Source: Octopus sinensis
Taxonomy: Eukaryota
DNA: 64,000 bases
Reading direction: 5' to 3'
NCBI RefSeq assembly: GCF_006345805.1
Contig: NW_021833046.1
Location: 22,859 to 86,858, forward strand
Of this stretch, positions 22,847-35,731 are shown one piece after another; positions within the stretch are counted from its first letter, which is position 1, and each line of letters starts with the position of its first letter. Under the pieces are notes generated by a model, which saw nothing but the letters and a program-made list of their open reading frames with translations, was not told the origin of the DNA and did not search any database. The translations under genes and the position numbers were made by a program.

Positions 22847-23910
22847 AAGGTGGTGTGACGAAAGATTTCAGACAAAGGACACTAAAATAAGAACAATAAT
22901 AAAACTGAAGTGATGACCAAGTGCATGGTGTGTGTGGTTAATTGGTAAAAATATGACCATCCCCAAATATAACAATAACTTTGTCATTTTTAAGCTGGTA
23001 TAAGGTGGAGAGCTGGCAGAATCGTTAGCATATTGAGAGTGGCAAACAGAGACAGGTATTGTAATGTCCATTCTTTAACCACTTTTGCTACAGTATTTAT
23101 GTAGCTTTTGTTTCAATGAATTTTTGAAATAATGAAGAATTTAGTTAAATAGCTAAATAAACGACATGGGTACATACAGTGTAATAAGCAAACCTATACA
23201 CACACACAAATGGATGTGCAGGTTAAGGATACACGTCACAGACAGAGAGGATGGACTAAACATCGGCATAGGAGTGGTAAGTAGCCTGCTTACCAACCAC
23301 ATGGTTCTGGGTTCAGTCCCACTGCATGGCACCTTGGGCAAGTGTCTTCTACTATAGCCTCGGGCTGACCAAAGCCTTGTGAGTGGATTTGGTAGACGGA
23401 AACAGAAAGAAGCCCTTCGTATATATATATATATATGTATGTGTGCATGTATACGTTTGTGTGACTGTGTTTGTCTCACCAACATTGCTTGACAATCGAT
23501 GCTGGTGTGTATACGTCCCCCGTAACTTAGCGGTTCGGCAAAAGAGATCGATAGAATACGTACTAGGCTTACAAAGAATAAGTCCTGGGGTCGATTTGCT
23601 TGACTAAAGGCGGTGCTCCAGCATGGCCACAGTCAAAATGACTGAAACAATAAAAGAGTAAAAGAGAAAAAGAGTAAACAGAACAGGAGACACATGGGAT
23701 GGAGAGCTACTGAAGAGGTCAAAGGTGGTGTGACGAAAGATTTCAGACAAAGGACACTAAAATAAGAACAATAATAAAACTGAAGTGATGACCAAGTGCA
23801 TGGTGTGTGTGGTTAATTGGTAAAAATATGACCATCCCCTAATATAACAATAACTTTGTCATTTTTAAGCTGGTATAAGGTGGAGATCTGGCAGAATCGT
23901 TAGCATATTG
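22847..23910 (+). repeat. 189-bp direct duplication (22847-23035 and 23722-23910)
   Basis: The two segments are near-identical by eye (about 2 differences). Confidence 0.9.
23265..23680 (+). mobile_element. SINE family A
   Basis: Full head, body and aaagagta tail. Confidence 0.85.
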
Positions 23911-24715
23911 GGCGAAACACTTAGTAGTATTTTGTCTGTCTTCATATTCTGATTTCAAATTCCGCCAAGGTCAACTTTGCCTTTTATCCTTTTGGGATCA
24001 ATAAATTAAGTACCAGTTATGCACTGGGTTGATGTAATCGACTTATCCCCTTCTCCCAAATTTCAGGCCTTGTGCCTATAGTAGAAAGGATTATTAAGCT
24101 GATATGGCAGTGAGCTGGAAAATACATTTGCACACCAGGCGAAATGCTTAGCGGTTTTTCATCTGTCTTTATATTCTAAGTTCAAATTCCACCAAGGTTG
24201 ACTTTGCCTTTCATACTTAAATAAAGTACCAGTTGTGTATAGGGGTCGATCTAATTGACTGGCTTCCTCCCCCAAAATTCCAGACCTTGTGCCTTGAGTA
24301 AAAAAGATTATTAATCTGGTATTTAAAAATTAGATTAACAGGAAATTTTGATGGAGGTATTTAATTTCAATCACTTCATAGCAAGAAGTCTCTGAGATAG
24401 AACAGTTTCAGACAGGTTGGTATCAAATGGATTAAGAGAACAATATGATGACTTCAGAATAGTTTAAAAATTGGACAAATTTGTATGGAATCCAGTATTT
24501 TAATATAAAAATAACTGCAACAGTTTAGGTTTAAGATATTCCAAGAAGTGCAATCTGAAATACTGGAACTAGGAATTTAGATACGGCTGTGTGGTAAGAT
24601 ATTTGCTTCCCAACCATATGGTTCTAGGTTCAGTGCCTTTGCATGGTACCTTGGGATAGTGTCTTCCACTATAGCCTCAGGCTGTTGAGTGTGTGATAAT
24701 GTCTTTTTGCCTTGG

Positions 24716-24925
24716 TACTCTTTTACTTGTTTCAGTCATTTGACTGTGGCCATGCTGGAGCACCGCCTTTAGTCGAGCAAATCGACCCCAGGGCTTATTT
24801 TTTTGTAAGCCTAGTACTTATTCTATCGGTCTCTTTTGCTGAACCGCTAAGTTACGGGGATGTAAACACACCACCATCGGTTGTCAAGCGATGTTGCGGG
24901 GACAAACACAGACACACAAACATAT

Positions 24926-24986
<61 letters not shown>

Positions 24987-25150
24987 TAAGACGGGCTTCT
25001 TTCAGTTTCCATCTACCAAATCCACTCACAAGGCTTTGGTCGATCCGAGGCTATAGTAGAAGACACTTGCCCAAGGTGCCACGCAGTGGGACTGAACCCA
25101 GAACCATGTGGTTGGTAAGCAAGCTACTTACCTCACAGCCACTCCTGCAT
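24716..25150 (-). mobile_element. SINE family A
   Basis: Reverse-complement copy with internal (TA)n. Confidence 0.85.
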
Positions 25151-26719
25151 CTTTGTATGATAGTAGTAAATGAGCATCATCTTCATGATGCAAGCATTGT
25201 CCCTTGTTTCTAATCTTCCATGAAAGCAAGTCTGATCTTGGGGAAATATCACCTTATTTGGGAACAGATGAGGGTTAGTAGCAAGAAGGGCATTTGGCTA
25301 TTGGAAAGCTACATCAACAAATTCTGTCCAAACCATGCACACATGGAAAAGTGGATGCTAAAACACTAATGACAACAACGATGATGATGTTGATGCTGTT
25401 AAATTAATGTTAATGAAACCGTTGCCAGTGCCGCTTTGGCTGGCTTCCGTGCCGGTGGCACATTAAAAGCTCCAACCGATCATGGCCGATGCCATCCCCG
25501 TTTGGCACCTGTGCAGGTGGCACGTAAAAAGCACCCACTACACTCGCAGAGTGGCTGGCGTTAGGAAGGGCATCAAGCTGTAGAAACTCTGCCAGATCAG
25601 ACTGGAGCCTGGTGCAGCCCCTGGCTTCCCAGGTCCCGGTCGAACCATCCAACTCGTGCTAGCGTGGAAAACAGACGTTAAACGATGATGATGATGATGA
25701 TGATGAAACTAACGATACATGCATAGTTCCTTTTATTTATTTTTGAAGTTTGTTAAAATACTAAAGATAAATCATGTTCTATTTCTTTCTTTAAATTTGT
25801 TTTGTAAACAAGCAAAATCTGGCTGACCTAGATATGTTCAAGGTCATTCAGTTGATATAAATCAGTTGATTACTGAAATCTTTGTTAAAATTCAGTGTTA
25901 AACCTATTGTCATTATTATTATTTTTTTATGTTTGACTTTTGCTTTACATTTGTACAAGTTGGCTCCAAGTCTCACCCAGAGACCTCAAGAGACAACAAG
26001 TTAGAAGTTCATGTTGGTGTTATGCCTAGGGTGCCATATATTTGGTTTTGTACATAGTATTGTTCTAGAGAATGTTTAAGAAACCATAAGAAAATTATGT
26101 GTTTGTTTTAAAACTTGAAATTACATAGAAAGTATTTTGCATAGGATATGAGCAGTTCCCATGAGCACTATCTTTTGAATTTCTGTCATTTTGGGGTTTC
26201 CTGGTATCTGAGCTAGGTAGCAATCAGCCCCTTTTGCTATCATTCCCAGGGCACCTATGACAACAGGTATTGTTTTAGTCTTCAGGTTCCACATTTTGCT
26301 AATTTCTATTTCAAGATCTTTATATTTGCTCAGTGATAAAAATTTAAAATTATAGAAATTCAGATCTAAAATATAAACGAGAGCAACCAGTGTCCATGCA
26401 TTGATGGAATGACATCATCAGTCTTCAAGTTTCAGTTTTATAACTGGCAAAAAAAAAAGACAGAAAAAAAGTGAAAAAAAAATAAGGAAAGCAAACAAAA
26501 AAGAAGAATACTTAATCAAACAGTTTTGTGTAAATTTGATGAAATTCTCCTGTCATTTTATTCATTCCTCCAGGGCATCATGTTAACCCACTAGCATACT
26601 TCTCCTCATGCATTTTGCATATTGAAAGTGTATCAGATTCAGAAATTTTTTTTCTGAGAATTGCACTTTCAAGTCTTTTTCAAAATTGCAGCTGTATGGA
26701 CTTGCATATGAAATGGACA

Positions 26720-26754
<35 letters not shown>

Positions 26755-26921
26755 AAGAGAAAGTGAGAGAGAAAGAGTGTGCCACTTACACATACAGAAG
26801 AACACATGGATTCACTCACACACTCCCTCTCTCTCTCTCTCACACGCACACACACATACATAGACACGTACATGCAAAGAAGATTGTAAATCTGATCAAT
26901 GTAATATGTTTAATTTTTCAG

Positions 26922-27029
26922 ACATGTATGTCCGTGACCTGGAATCCAAAATCACATCAGGGACGGCAGAACCTGAAATTGTAAATGAAACTCCAGCAAC
27001 AGCATTGGTTGAAGGAAACAATATTCTTG
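26922..27029 (+). CDS. Ldh_2-family oxidoreductase, exon 2 (DMYVRDLESKITSGTAEPEIVNETPATALVEGNNIL)
   Basis: Acceptor ttttcag ending 26921, donor GTTGGT at 27030; 108 nt, phase 1-1; continues the HGLNRL-D frame and matches the family P.I..ET.ATA.V.G.N.LG motif. Confidence 0.92.
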
Positions 27030-27099
27030 GTTGGTTTTACTTATTTTTCATTTTTTTTTGTGTGTGTTTCCGTCTGGTAATTTGGGAAAGCCATTGCTA

Positions 27100-27390
27100 C
27101 TACTACTACTACTACTACTGTCATTCATCATCATCAACATCATCATCATCATCACTATCATCGTCATTCACTATCAGCCGCATCCCTATATCACATCTAA
27201 CACATGTATTACACCCTCGCTCTTATCAAGACAATGAACACTGTCGTTGGTACCGTCATCATCATTAGCATCATTGTCATCATTAGCATCATTATCAATC
27301 ATTATCATCACCACCACCCTCATCATCATCATCACCATCATCATCACCACCACCACCACCACCACCACCACCATCACCACCGTCACCATC
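27100..27390. repeat. Compound (ACT)/(CAT)/(CAC) trinucleotide microsatellite in intron 2
   Basis: Direct reading; explains the His/Ile/Ser-rich spurious ORFs. Confidence 0.95.
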
Positions 27391-27903
27391 AGTTTTATGT
27401 CTATGATGGGGCAACAAATTGTCCTTGCACTTTTTTTTTCTTAAGTCTCACATTTAATCTATGGAAACTGAACTGCTAAGTTATAAGGGCATAAACAAAC
27501 CAATACTGGTTGTCAAGTGGTGAAGGCAACAAACACTAAGTTACACATACATACATACACACCCACATACATATGCACACACACATACATACATAGCCAC
27601 AGATTCTGTCTCCTAAATTCACTCACCTTGAGGTTATGATAGAGGATACTTGCCCAAGGTGCTACGTAGTGGGACTGAACTCAAAACCATGTGACTGCAA
27701 AACAAGCTTCTTGACCCCTCAACCACACCTGAGCCAATCCAAACAAAAACAAAACACGGTGCTTTTGATAAAATAATTGAAATTGTTTATATGAGAAAAA
27801 GGTTTGTTTTTTAAAAATAAATTATTATAAATAATTTTGATAATTCTTTACTAATTTTGTTTTGTTTGTATATAAATTCTGGCATTAAAATCTTTGTTGG
27901 CAG

Positions 27904-27984
27904 GTCCTGTGGTTGGAAAATTTTGCATTGATTTGGCTATTAAAAAGGCGAAAGAAGTTGGTGTCGGTTGGGTTTGTGCTTCAG
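27904..27984 (+). CDS. Ldh_2-family oxidoreductase, exon 3 (GPVVGKFCIDLAIKKAKEVGVGWVCAS)
   Basis: Acceptor cag 27901-27903, donor GTAATA at 27985; 81 nt, phase 1-1; family motif AI.KAKE.G.GWV. Confidence 0.93.
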
Positions 27985-30278
27985 GTAATAATGTTTTAGC
28001 TTTGTTTTATCTTGTTTTTTTCCTTATAACCCTGCTTCCAAATAATTTTCGAATATTTATCAATTTATAGTGGTTACATCAACCTCACCGCTCAACTGGT
28101 ACTTATTTTATCGATCCTGAAAGGATTAAAGACTAAACTGACCTGAGTGCAATTTGAACTCAGAACACAAGGAGGGATGAAATGCTACTAAGCATTTTGT
28201 CTGGAATGCTAACGATTCTGCCAGCTCACTATCTTGCCTTATGCCTATATTAGAAAGAATAATTATGTGTAAACTTATGTGTAGAGTTCTGTGTTTTACC
28301 AATTAAATAAGTTTTGGTTTTTATCGAAAATAGTCTTTTTATGTCAAAAAGAAACTTGATATGAGTTCAAATATGTTTGATAGATATTTGAACAAATTAA
28401 AAGCTTTTAGTTGCTGTTTGTCATGAAGAAAAAAATTCTCTCTTGAAACAAAAAAGCATAAAACATTATTGCAGACTATTATATTTTTCTCCATTATGAA
28501 CTGCAGTGAAAGGTCTTGAATGGTTTCATATATCTCTCAAATATATTTCAGCTAATATCAAGTTTGTTTACTCTCAGTCATTGCTTTGCATACAATCTCA
28601 CAAATATTTTAAACATTTATTCATACATTAATTTGTGACAGAAAAGAGAAAGGAGCCTATGGGATATAAACTACAGTTGCCTGACAAGCTATAGATTTTT
28701 AGTATATGTCTAGTCAATTGGCCCCATTTTCCTCAAGGTCAAGTTTTGCATTTGTGATATCTAATAACAAACAAATCTTGGATTCATTTTACCAACCAGA
28801 AACAAAATCAGCATTTGGTTTAGTAATGTTTAGTATTTAATACCCTTCTAACCTTATTATTGAACTTTAAAAAAACAAAATCTTCAGATCTTTATGCTTT
28901 GATCAGCAATAATTCAAGACTAGCAAAAGTAAAAAAATTCAATTAAAAGAAAATTATAAATTCCTTAACCCTAATCATCATCATTTAGTGTATGCTTTCC
29001 ATGCTGGTATGGGTTAGACAGTTTGACTGGAAATGGCAAACTATGCAAGGTTCCAGTCTGATTTGGCATGGTTTCTATGGCTGGAAACCCTTCTTGACAC
29101 TAAGCACTCCAAGAGCGTAGTGGGTGCCTATTGCGTGTCACTGGCACAGGTTCCAGTCATATGTTGCCAGCATGAGCACTTTTACATGTTACTGGCACCA
29201 GCTGCAACTACAATTTCACTTGGCTCGAAGACTCTTCTCAGACATAGCAAATCACCAAAGGTCTCAATCACTTGTTATTGTCTCCAAGAGACCCAACATC
29301 TGAACATCATGCTTCACCACCTTGTCCCATGTCTTCTTGGGTCTACCTCTTCCAAAGGTTTCCTCCACAGTTAGAGATCAGCCCTTCTTTACACAACTGT
29401 CATTGTCCATACACATTACATGACCATACTAGTGCATTTTTTTATGCAAGTTGATGCAACTCAACATTCCGTTTTATGCAACTACCAATAAACTTAGACA
29501 TATACACCTCTACACAATGAGTCTCCTCATATTATCTGTCCACAGAGTTTCACTCACGAGCTGTTGATCAACCCCAGGTTACTGTGGAAGATGCTTTTCC
29601 AAGGTACTGTAGAGTGGAATCAAACACTCAAATCACCTGGCTGAAAAGCAAACTTGTTAACAACATGGCTTATGCTTGCACCAAAATATTTGCTGATGAC
29701 CATATTTTTTGGCACTACCAGTATCATCATCATCATCATCATTTTAACATCCACTTTTCCATGTTTGTGTGGCTCTGATGGAATTTGTTGAGGCAAATTT
29801 TCTATGGCTAGATGCCTTTCAAGGTCGGTAACCATTACCTGTTTCTAAGTAAGGTAATATTCCTCTGTGGTCAGAGACGTTTTTTGCAGAAGACTGGAAA
29901 TGAAGAAGGCTCATTTATAATCCTCCCATGCTATCAAGACAAGGAGGCATTCATCCATGCATCCATCCATCCATACATGAATGTATATAGGTTGGTAGAT
30001 AGTCAGATACAACAAGTTTCTTTCGGGTCCCATCTACGATATCCATTTATAAGGTTTTAGTTGGCTCAGATCTATAATAGAAAATATTTGCCCATGTTGC
30101 TGTGTGAAAGGACTGAACCCAGAATCAAGTGGTTGGGAAGCAAACTTCTTAACCACACAGCCACATCTGCACTTTTAATACTAACATGTGGTATTGAAAT
30201 AATTGGGACATTTACATAATTTCTCAGTAGTTTTGACTATTTTGTATACTATATTCAGTTTCTTTAATATTTTCTAAG

Positions 30279-30340
30279 GTTCCAATCATTTTGGAATTGC
30301 TGGCTGGTACTCAATGAGAGCATCAAATCAAGGATTACTG
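30279..30340 (+). CDS. Ldh_2-family oxidoreductase, exon 4 (GSNHFGIAGWYSMRASNQGLL)
   Basis: Acceptor tttctaag ending 30278, donor GTAAG at 30341; 62 nt, phase 1-0; conserved SNHFGIAG.Y motif. Confidence 0.92.
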
Positions 30341-30787
30341 GTAAGTTTTCAAGACAGTAATGTTTGAAGTTGTATTAGATCTGTATCAGATATCTATTTA
30401 TCTATGTGCCCTTTTCAAGCCTGGCTAGGCTCACGGGCCCGGTTTCCCAGTTTCTATGGCATATGTGTTCCCCCCAGTTGGACGGGATGCCAGTCCATCA
30501 CAGCGTTACTCAAGAAACAGGAAGAAAGAGTGAGAGAAAGTTGGAGCGAAAGAATACAACAGGGGTGGCCACCACTCCCTGCTGGAGCCTCGTGGTGCTT
30601 TTAGGTGTACTTTTTGCATAATATATATTAATATATATGTGTGTGTCTGTCTGTGTGGCTGAAATGAATAAAAGAATAAGATAAACTATAAACAGAAAAA
30701 ACTGAATGAAATTAAGGTTTGTGTTACAACTGGTTGAAAATGTTGACTTACCTTACAATATTTTCTTCATATTCTGGTAAAACTTTA

Positions 30788-31008
30788 AATAATAATAATA
30801 ACAATAATAATAAACATTGTGTACAGTGCTCAGGTGCACTACAACTCATCTAAAGTGCATATATAATCAGGTGTAGTTTCGACGGATTTCGGAAAGCATG
30901 AGGGCCTTAAAGGATGCAGTGTCATGGCAGTCAACAACTGACGCAGGCAGTTTATTCCATGCTTCAGCAACTCTGAGCGTGAAGAAATGTTTCCGAAAGT
31001 CATGGGAG
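30788..31008 (-). mobile_element. 5'-truncated CR1/L2-like LINE 3' end, short-3'UTR variant
   Basis: Near-identical to 2046-2260; (AAT)n tail on +. Confidence 0.88.
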
Positions 31009-31024
31009 GAATACAGAGAGATAA

Positions 31025-32560
31025 GACAGAGAGATAAGTAGAGTGAGTGATTTATAATGCTAATCAAGTAAATGGCTTTCTCTAGATGCAGTTTTGAGGG
31101 TGTCTTTGTGCAACTTTTTGTAGATTCACTTGAGGATGTCTGTGTGTTAACACGAATATGACTATTATTTTTTCATGTGGATGACATCTATGAATAATTT
31201 CTTATTCCATAATTTATTCTCTAATTACCATAATATATTTACAAAATTGCCCTGTATTTTATTATTATTATATATAGGAATAAAAAGGAATACTTTTGTT
31301 TTCTCTGTATAACATCACTTTTGTCTATCTCCTTTCTTTTTTTTCCTTATAGGGAATGGCATTTACAAACACTTCTCCTCTTTTGGTACCAACACGAGCC
31401 AAAAAGGTAGGTATACGTGTTTGTGTATTGATATTATTGGTATTTGGACTGATCCTTTTGGATTGGAAAAGATGATACTGACTTGACATCCAGAGAAGAA
31501 TAAGAAAAAAAAGACACGATGCAGGCGTGGCTGTGTGCCAAGAAGTTTGCTTTCTAACAACATAGTTCTGGGTTCAGTCCCACAGCATGGCACCTTGAGC
31601 AAGCATCTTCTGCTCTTGCCTCAGGCCAACCAAAGCCTTGAGTAGATTTGGTAGACAGAAACAGAAAGAAGCCAGTTGTGTGTGTATGTGTGTGTGTGTG
31701 TGGTGGCAGTGGTGGATTATGTCAGGTGGGCCAGGGATGGTTGTACAGTCTGAAGGATGAGAGGAGGACAGATGAGCTTTGAGGATCAGATGCCATCATA
31801 GTAACACCAGAGGTGGCAGAAAGAGAGAGAGAGAGAGAGGAATCATCATCATCATCGTTGTTTAACGTCTGCTTTCCATGCTGGCATGGGTTGGACGATT
31901 TAACTGAAGACTGGCGAACCAGATGGCTGCACCATGCTCCAGTCTGATCTGGCAGAGTTTCTACAGCTGGATGCCCTTCCTAATGCCAACCACTTCGAGA
32001 GTGTAGTGGGTGCTTTTACGTGCCACCGACATGAGGGCCAATCAGGTGGTACTGGCAACGGCCATGCTCAAATGGTGTTTTTTACGTACAACCTACACAG
32101 GAGCCAGTCCAATGGTACTAGCAACAACCTCACTCGAATGTTTTTTCATGTGCCACCGGCACAGGTGCCAGTAAGGCGACTCTGGTAATGATCACACTTG
32201 AATGGTGCTTTTTATGTGCCACTGGCATGGAAGCCAGTAAGCTGCTCTGGCAACGATCACGCTCGGATGGTGCTCTTATAGACAGAGAGAGAGAGAAATA
32301 GGTAGGTTGACAGAGAGATAAGTAGAGTGAGTGATTTATAATGCTAATCAAGTAAATGGCTTTCTCTAGATGCAGTTTTGAGGGTGTCTTTGTGCAACTT
32401 TTTGTAGATTCACTTGAGGATGACTGTGTGTTAACACAAATATGACTATTATTTTTTCATGTGGATGACATCTATGAATAATTTCTTATTCCATAATTTA
32501 TTCTCTAATTACCATAATATATTTACAAAATTGCCCTGTATTTTATTATTATTATATATA
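31025..32560 (+). repeat. 252-bp near-identical direct repeat (31025-31276 and 32309-32560)
   Basis: Only 2 mismatches seen; the copies lie upstream of the exon 5 and exon 6 acceptors. Confidence 0.92.
31353..31406 (+). CDS. Ldh_2-family oxidoreductase, exon 5 (GMAFTNTSPLLVPTRAKK)
   Basis: Polypyrimidine tract plus tag ending 31352, donor GTAGGT at 31407; 54 nt, phase 0-0; G.AFTNTSP motif. Confidence 0.93.
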
Positions 32561-32580
32561 TTTTAAAAAATATTTTTCAG

Positions 32581-32679
32581 CCTGCTTTGGGAACTAATCC
32601 CATTAGTGTTGCTGCCCCGGCACAAAAAGACGACAGTTTTGTTCTGGATATGGCTACAACCACTGTAGCTTTGGGCAAG
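32581..32679 (+). CDS. Ldh_2-family oxidoreductase, exon 6 (PALGTNPISVAAPAQKDDSFVLDMATTTVALGK)
   Basis: Acceptor ttttcag ending 32580, donor GTGAG at 32680; 99 nt, phase 0-0; LGTNP and LDMATT.VA.GK motifs. Confidence 0.95.
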
Positions 32680-32833
32680 GTGAGTTCACACAGCAGCAGG
32701 TAAATCTAATATGGATGTTATTGTAACACTTACTATTATGGCCACCACTGCAACAACTTTAATAGTGGAAGATTGGAGATGAAGAACACCACTTGTATGA
32801 CAGTAACACACACACACACACACATACATATGT

Positions 32834-32882
<49 letters not shown>

Positions 32883-33687
32883 TATACGTAATTTGGATAA
32901 AATCATCATTTAATGATTTATCAGTGGCCAACATACTAAAAATACCATAATGGTTAATTCATATTAAAATTATAATAAGGATACGTGAAAAAACATTTGA
33001 GTGAGGTCGTTGCCAGTGCCGCTGGACTGGCTCCTGTGCAGGTGGCACATAAAAAGCACCATTTGAGCATGGCACGTAAAAGCACCCACTACACTCTTGG
33101 AGTGGTTGGCATTAGGAAGGGCATCCAGCTGTAGAAACTCTGTCAGATCAGATTGGAGCGTGGTGCAGCCATCTGGTTCACCAGACCTCAGTCAAATCGT
33201 CCAACCCATGCTAGCATGGAAAGCGGACGTTAAACGACGATGATGATGATGATGTTGAATGATTACAACACCAGTCTGCTAGAAATACATCCAAAATTGT
33301 CTATGAACCGCTTAGATTATTACTCCAGTACACATGGTTGTAAGCGAGGAAAATAGACAGTGAGGATTTATAAAATAATTTGGATAGACCCAAATCTATA
33401 GATTTCATGGTTTGAGTTACTAAAAACTCTTTCTGATCATCAGTGGCAACATACCAAACATAAATAAATGAAAAACTCATTATACATACTGCCATAAGCG
33501 CAAATAATGGACATATATTTTCGCATATTCACCAATTAAAATCCAAGTGCCTATTTTAACTACGTGCTTGTTTACTCAGAATAGTTCTGCAGTAAATATG
33601 TTATAGGAGTGAATTAATATATATTTTTATACGTAACTGGGACAAAATCATTATTTAATGATTTATCAGTGGCCAGCATATATATAT

Positions 33688-34155
33688 CATCATCATCATC
33701 ATCATCATCGTTTAATGTCCGTTCTCCATGCTAGCATGGGTTGGACGGTTCGACCGGGGATCTGGGAAGCCAGAAGGCTGCACCAGGCTCCGGTCTTATC
33801 TGGCAATGTTTCTACAGCTGGATGCCCTTCCTAACGCCAACCACTCCGTGAGTGTAGTGGGTGCTTTTTACGTGCCACCTGCACAGGTGCCAGGCGAGGC
33901 TGGCAACGGCCACGGTCGGATTGGTGTATTTTACGTGCCACCAGCACGGAAGCCAGTCGAGGCGGTGCTGGCATCGGCCACGAGTCGGATAGTGCTTTTT
34001 ACGTACCACCAGACCAGGGATCCTGGCTGGTTCAATTCGATTTCGCTTTCGCTTGCCCCAACATGTCTTCGCAAGCAAAGGGGGTTGGCATGGGTGCCTG
34101 TCGTCGGATGAGGTTCTATATCGACTTCGCTTGCCTCAACAGGTCTTTGTGTCCA
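33688..34155 (-). mobile_element. (GAT)n-tailed retroposon family B, young copy
   Basis: Near-identical to 19580-20055. Confidence 0.85.
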
Positions 34156-34400
34156 TAGACACACACACACACACACATACCCACATGCACACACACACAC
34201 GCATGCATAATGGACTTGTCTCAGCTTCCATTTGCCAAGTTGATTCAAAGGCTTTGGTCAGCTGGGGCTACAAGAGATGTTTACCCATGGTACCACACAA
34301 AGTTAAGGGAGTTTGGTACCCAAAACAAAAACACATGCCTACATTCACATATATGAATTGCAATGGGAAATAAATGCATTTTAAAATTTTTTCTTTTTAG

Positions 34401-34466
34401 GTTGAAATTAATCAGAGGAAAGATCTTTCCATTCCAGAAGGTTGGGGAGTTGATTCAAATGGCAAG
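34401..34466 (+). CDS. Ldh_2-family oxidoreductase, exon 7 (VEINQRKDLSIPEGWGVDSNGK)
   Basis: Acceptor tttttag ending 34400, donor GTAAG at 34467; 66 nt, phase 0-0; IP.GW.VD..G motif. Confidence 0.94.
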
Positions 34467-34514
34467 GTAAGCTGATCTGGTCCCTTATATTCTTGATATT
34501 TGAATATTTTAATA

Positions 34515-34681
34515 AATAATAATAATAATAATAATAATAATAATTGTGTACAGTGCTCAGGTGCACTACAACTCATCTAAAGTGTATATATAATCAGGTG
34601 TAGTTTCGGCGGATTTCGGAAAGCATGAGGGCCTTAAAGGATGCAGTGTCATGGCAGTCAACAACTGACGCAGGCAGTTTT
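34515..34681 (-). mobile_element. 5'-truncated CR1/L2-like LINE 3' end, short-3'UTR variant
   Basis: Same sequence as 2046-2210, beginning about 50 nt after the exon 7 donor. Confidence 0.88.
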
Positions 34682-35661
34682 GTATGCTTAAGTTCAGATA
34701 TTTCAAATCCTCTGGTTACCCTATGAAATCTATATGTGCTATAGTCTGTATTGTAATCTGAACCTATCACAGCAGTCAATGTGCCCTAGGGCTAAGGTAT
34801 TTTGGATGCCACAACCACCTTGGTCTGAGACTTCAGTTGAACATAGGATAAATTATGACTTTTGAAGTTCACTTCTTTTCCTCCTTCACCATATCCACTT
34901 GAAACTCTTGTCAGCTACTTCTCTTGTTGCTTTAAGACTCCTGGTCCTCTCTTTCACAAGATTAAGAGCCATTTATGAGATCATAGGAAGATTTATCTAC
35001 AAATCCTCTTTCCCCTACCTCTATAGCAAGGACTTTGGGAGCCAAATTCTTTCAGTTTCATGGTTAAAGTACCATATTTCTCATTCTTGTAGATGTGGGC
35101 TTCCTTCTCAAATGAATATTCTTTATAATTTCAGTTTGGAATTTATTTTTATCTAACAATGAAACAGGAAAAGATTTTTAAAAAATAGTGAATTATGCTA
35201 TTAATATTTCTAATTTCTTAATATTAGAAGCATAATTTCTTACATTATTCCAGTTAGAATGATATCTGTTTTTACCATTATTGATTGGGGTAAGTTGATT
35301 AATGCGCTTTGTCTAAAGACACTTGAAATCAAGTAGTCACTACTAATTTTTCTTTACATTTTGTTTGTATTATGAGCAAAAATCTTCTATAGAAGAGGGA
35401 GTCCTTTCTTAATTTTTGCTTTGTAATCAAAATATTGCAAGTGGAACTTTTTCATTCATTCTGTTATTGTTAAAAATATATAAACCCATTAAAAATATAA
35501 TGGAATAAATCCTGCTGTCAAGAGCTTTAGTTACTTAGTATCTCCATAAAGCTAAAGATCTGAGACCCTTTGCTATAGGACTCAATAGGATTTTGCTGTT
35601 TAACTGTGCTTTTTTAAAAAGTGAAATTATACCTTATGTTACTGTATTTGTATTTGACCAG

Positions 35662-35731
35662 GTTACCAAAAACCCTGCTGATGTTTTAAATAACGGTGGA
35701 CTATTACCATTAGGAGGTGTAGAAGAAACTG
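35662..35731 (+). CDS. Ldh_2-family oxidoreductase, exon 8 (VTKNPADVLNNGGLLPLGGVEET)
   Basis: Acceptor ccag ending 35661, donor GTATG at 35732; 70 nt, phase 0-1; GGLLPLGG motif. Confidence 0.93.

Noticed and set aside
27186-27479. Poly-His ORF resembling a histidine-rich or metal-binding protein
   Set aside because: A (CAT)/(CAC) microsatellite in intron 2 with no splice context; every frame gives homopolymers.
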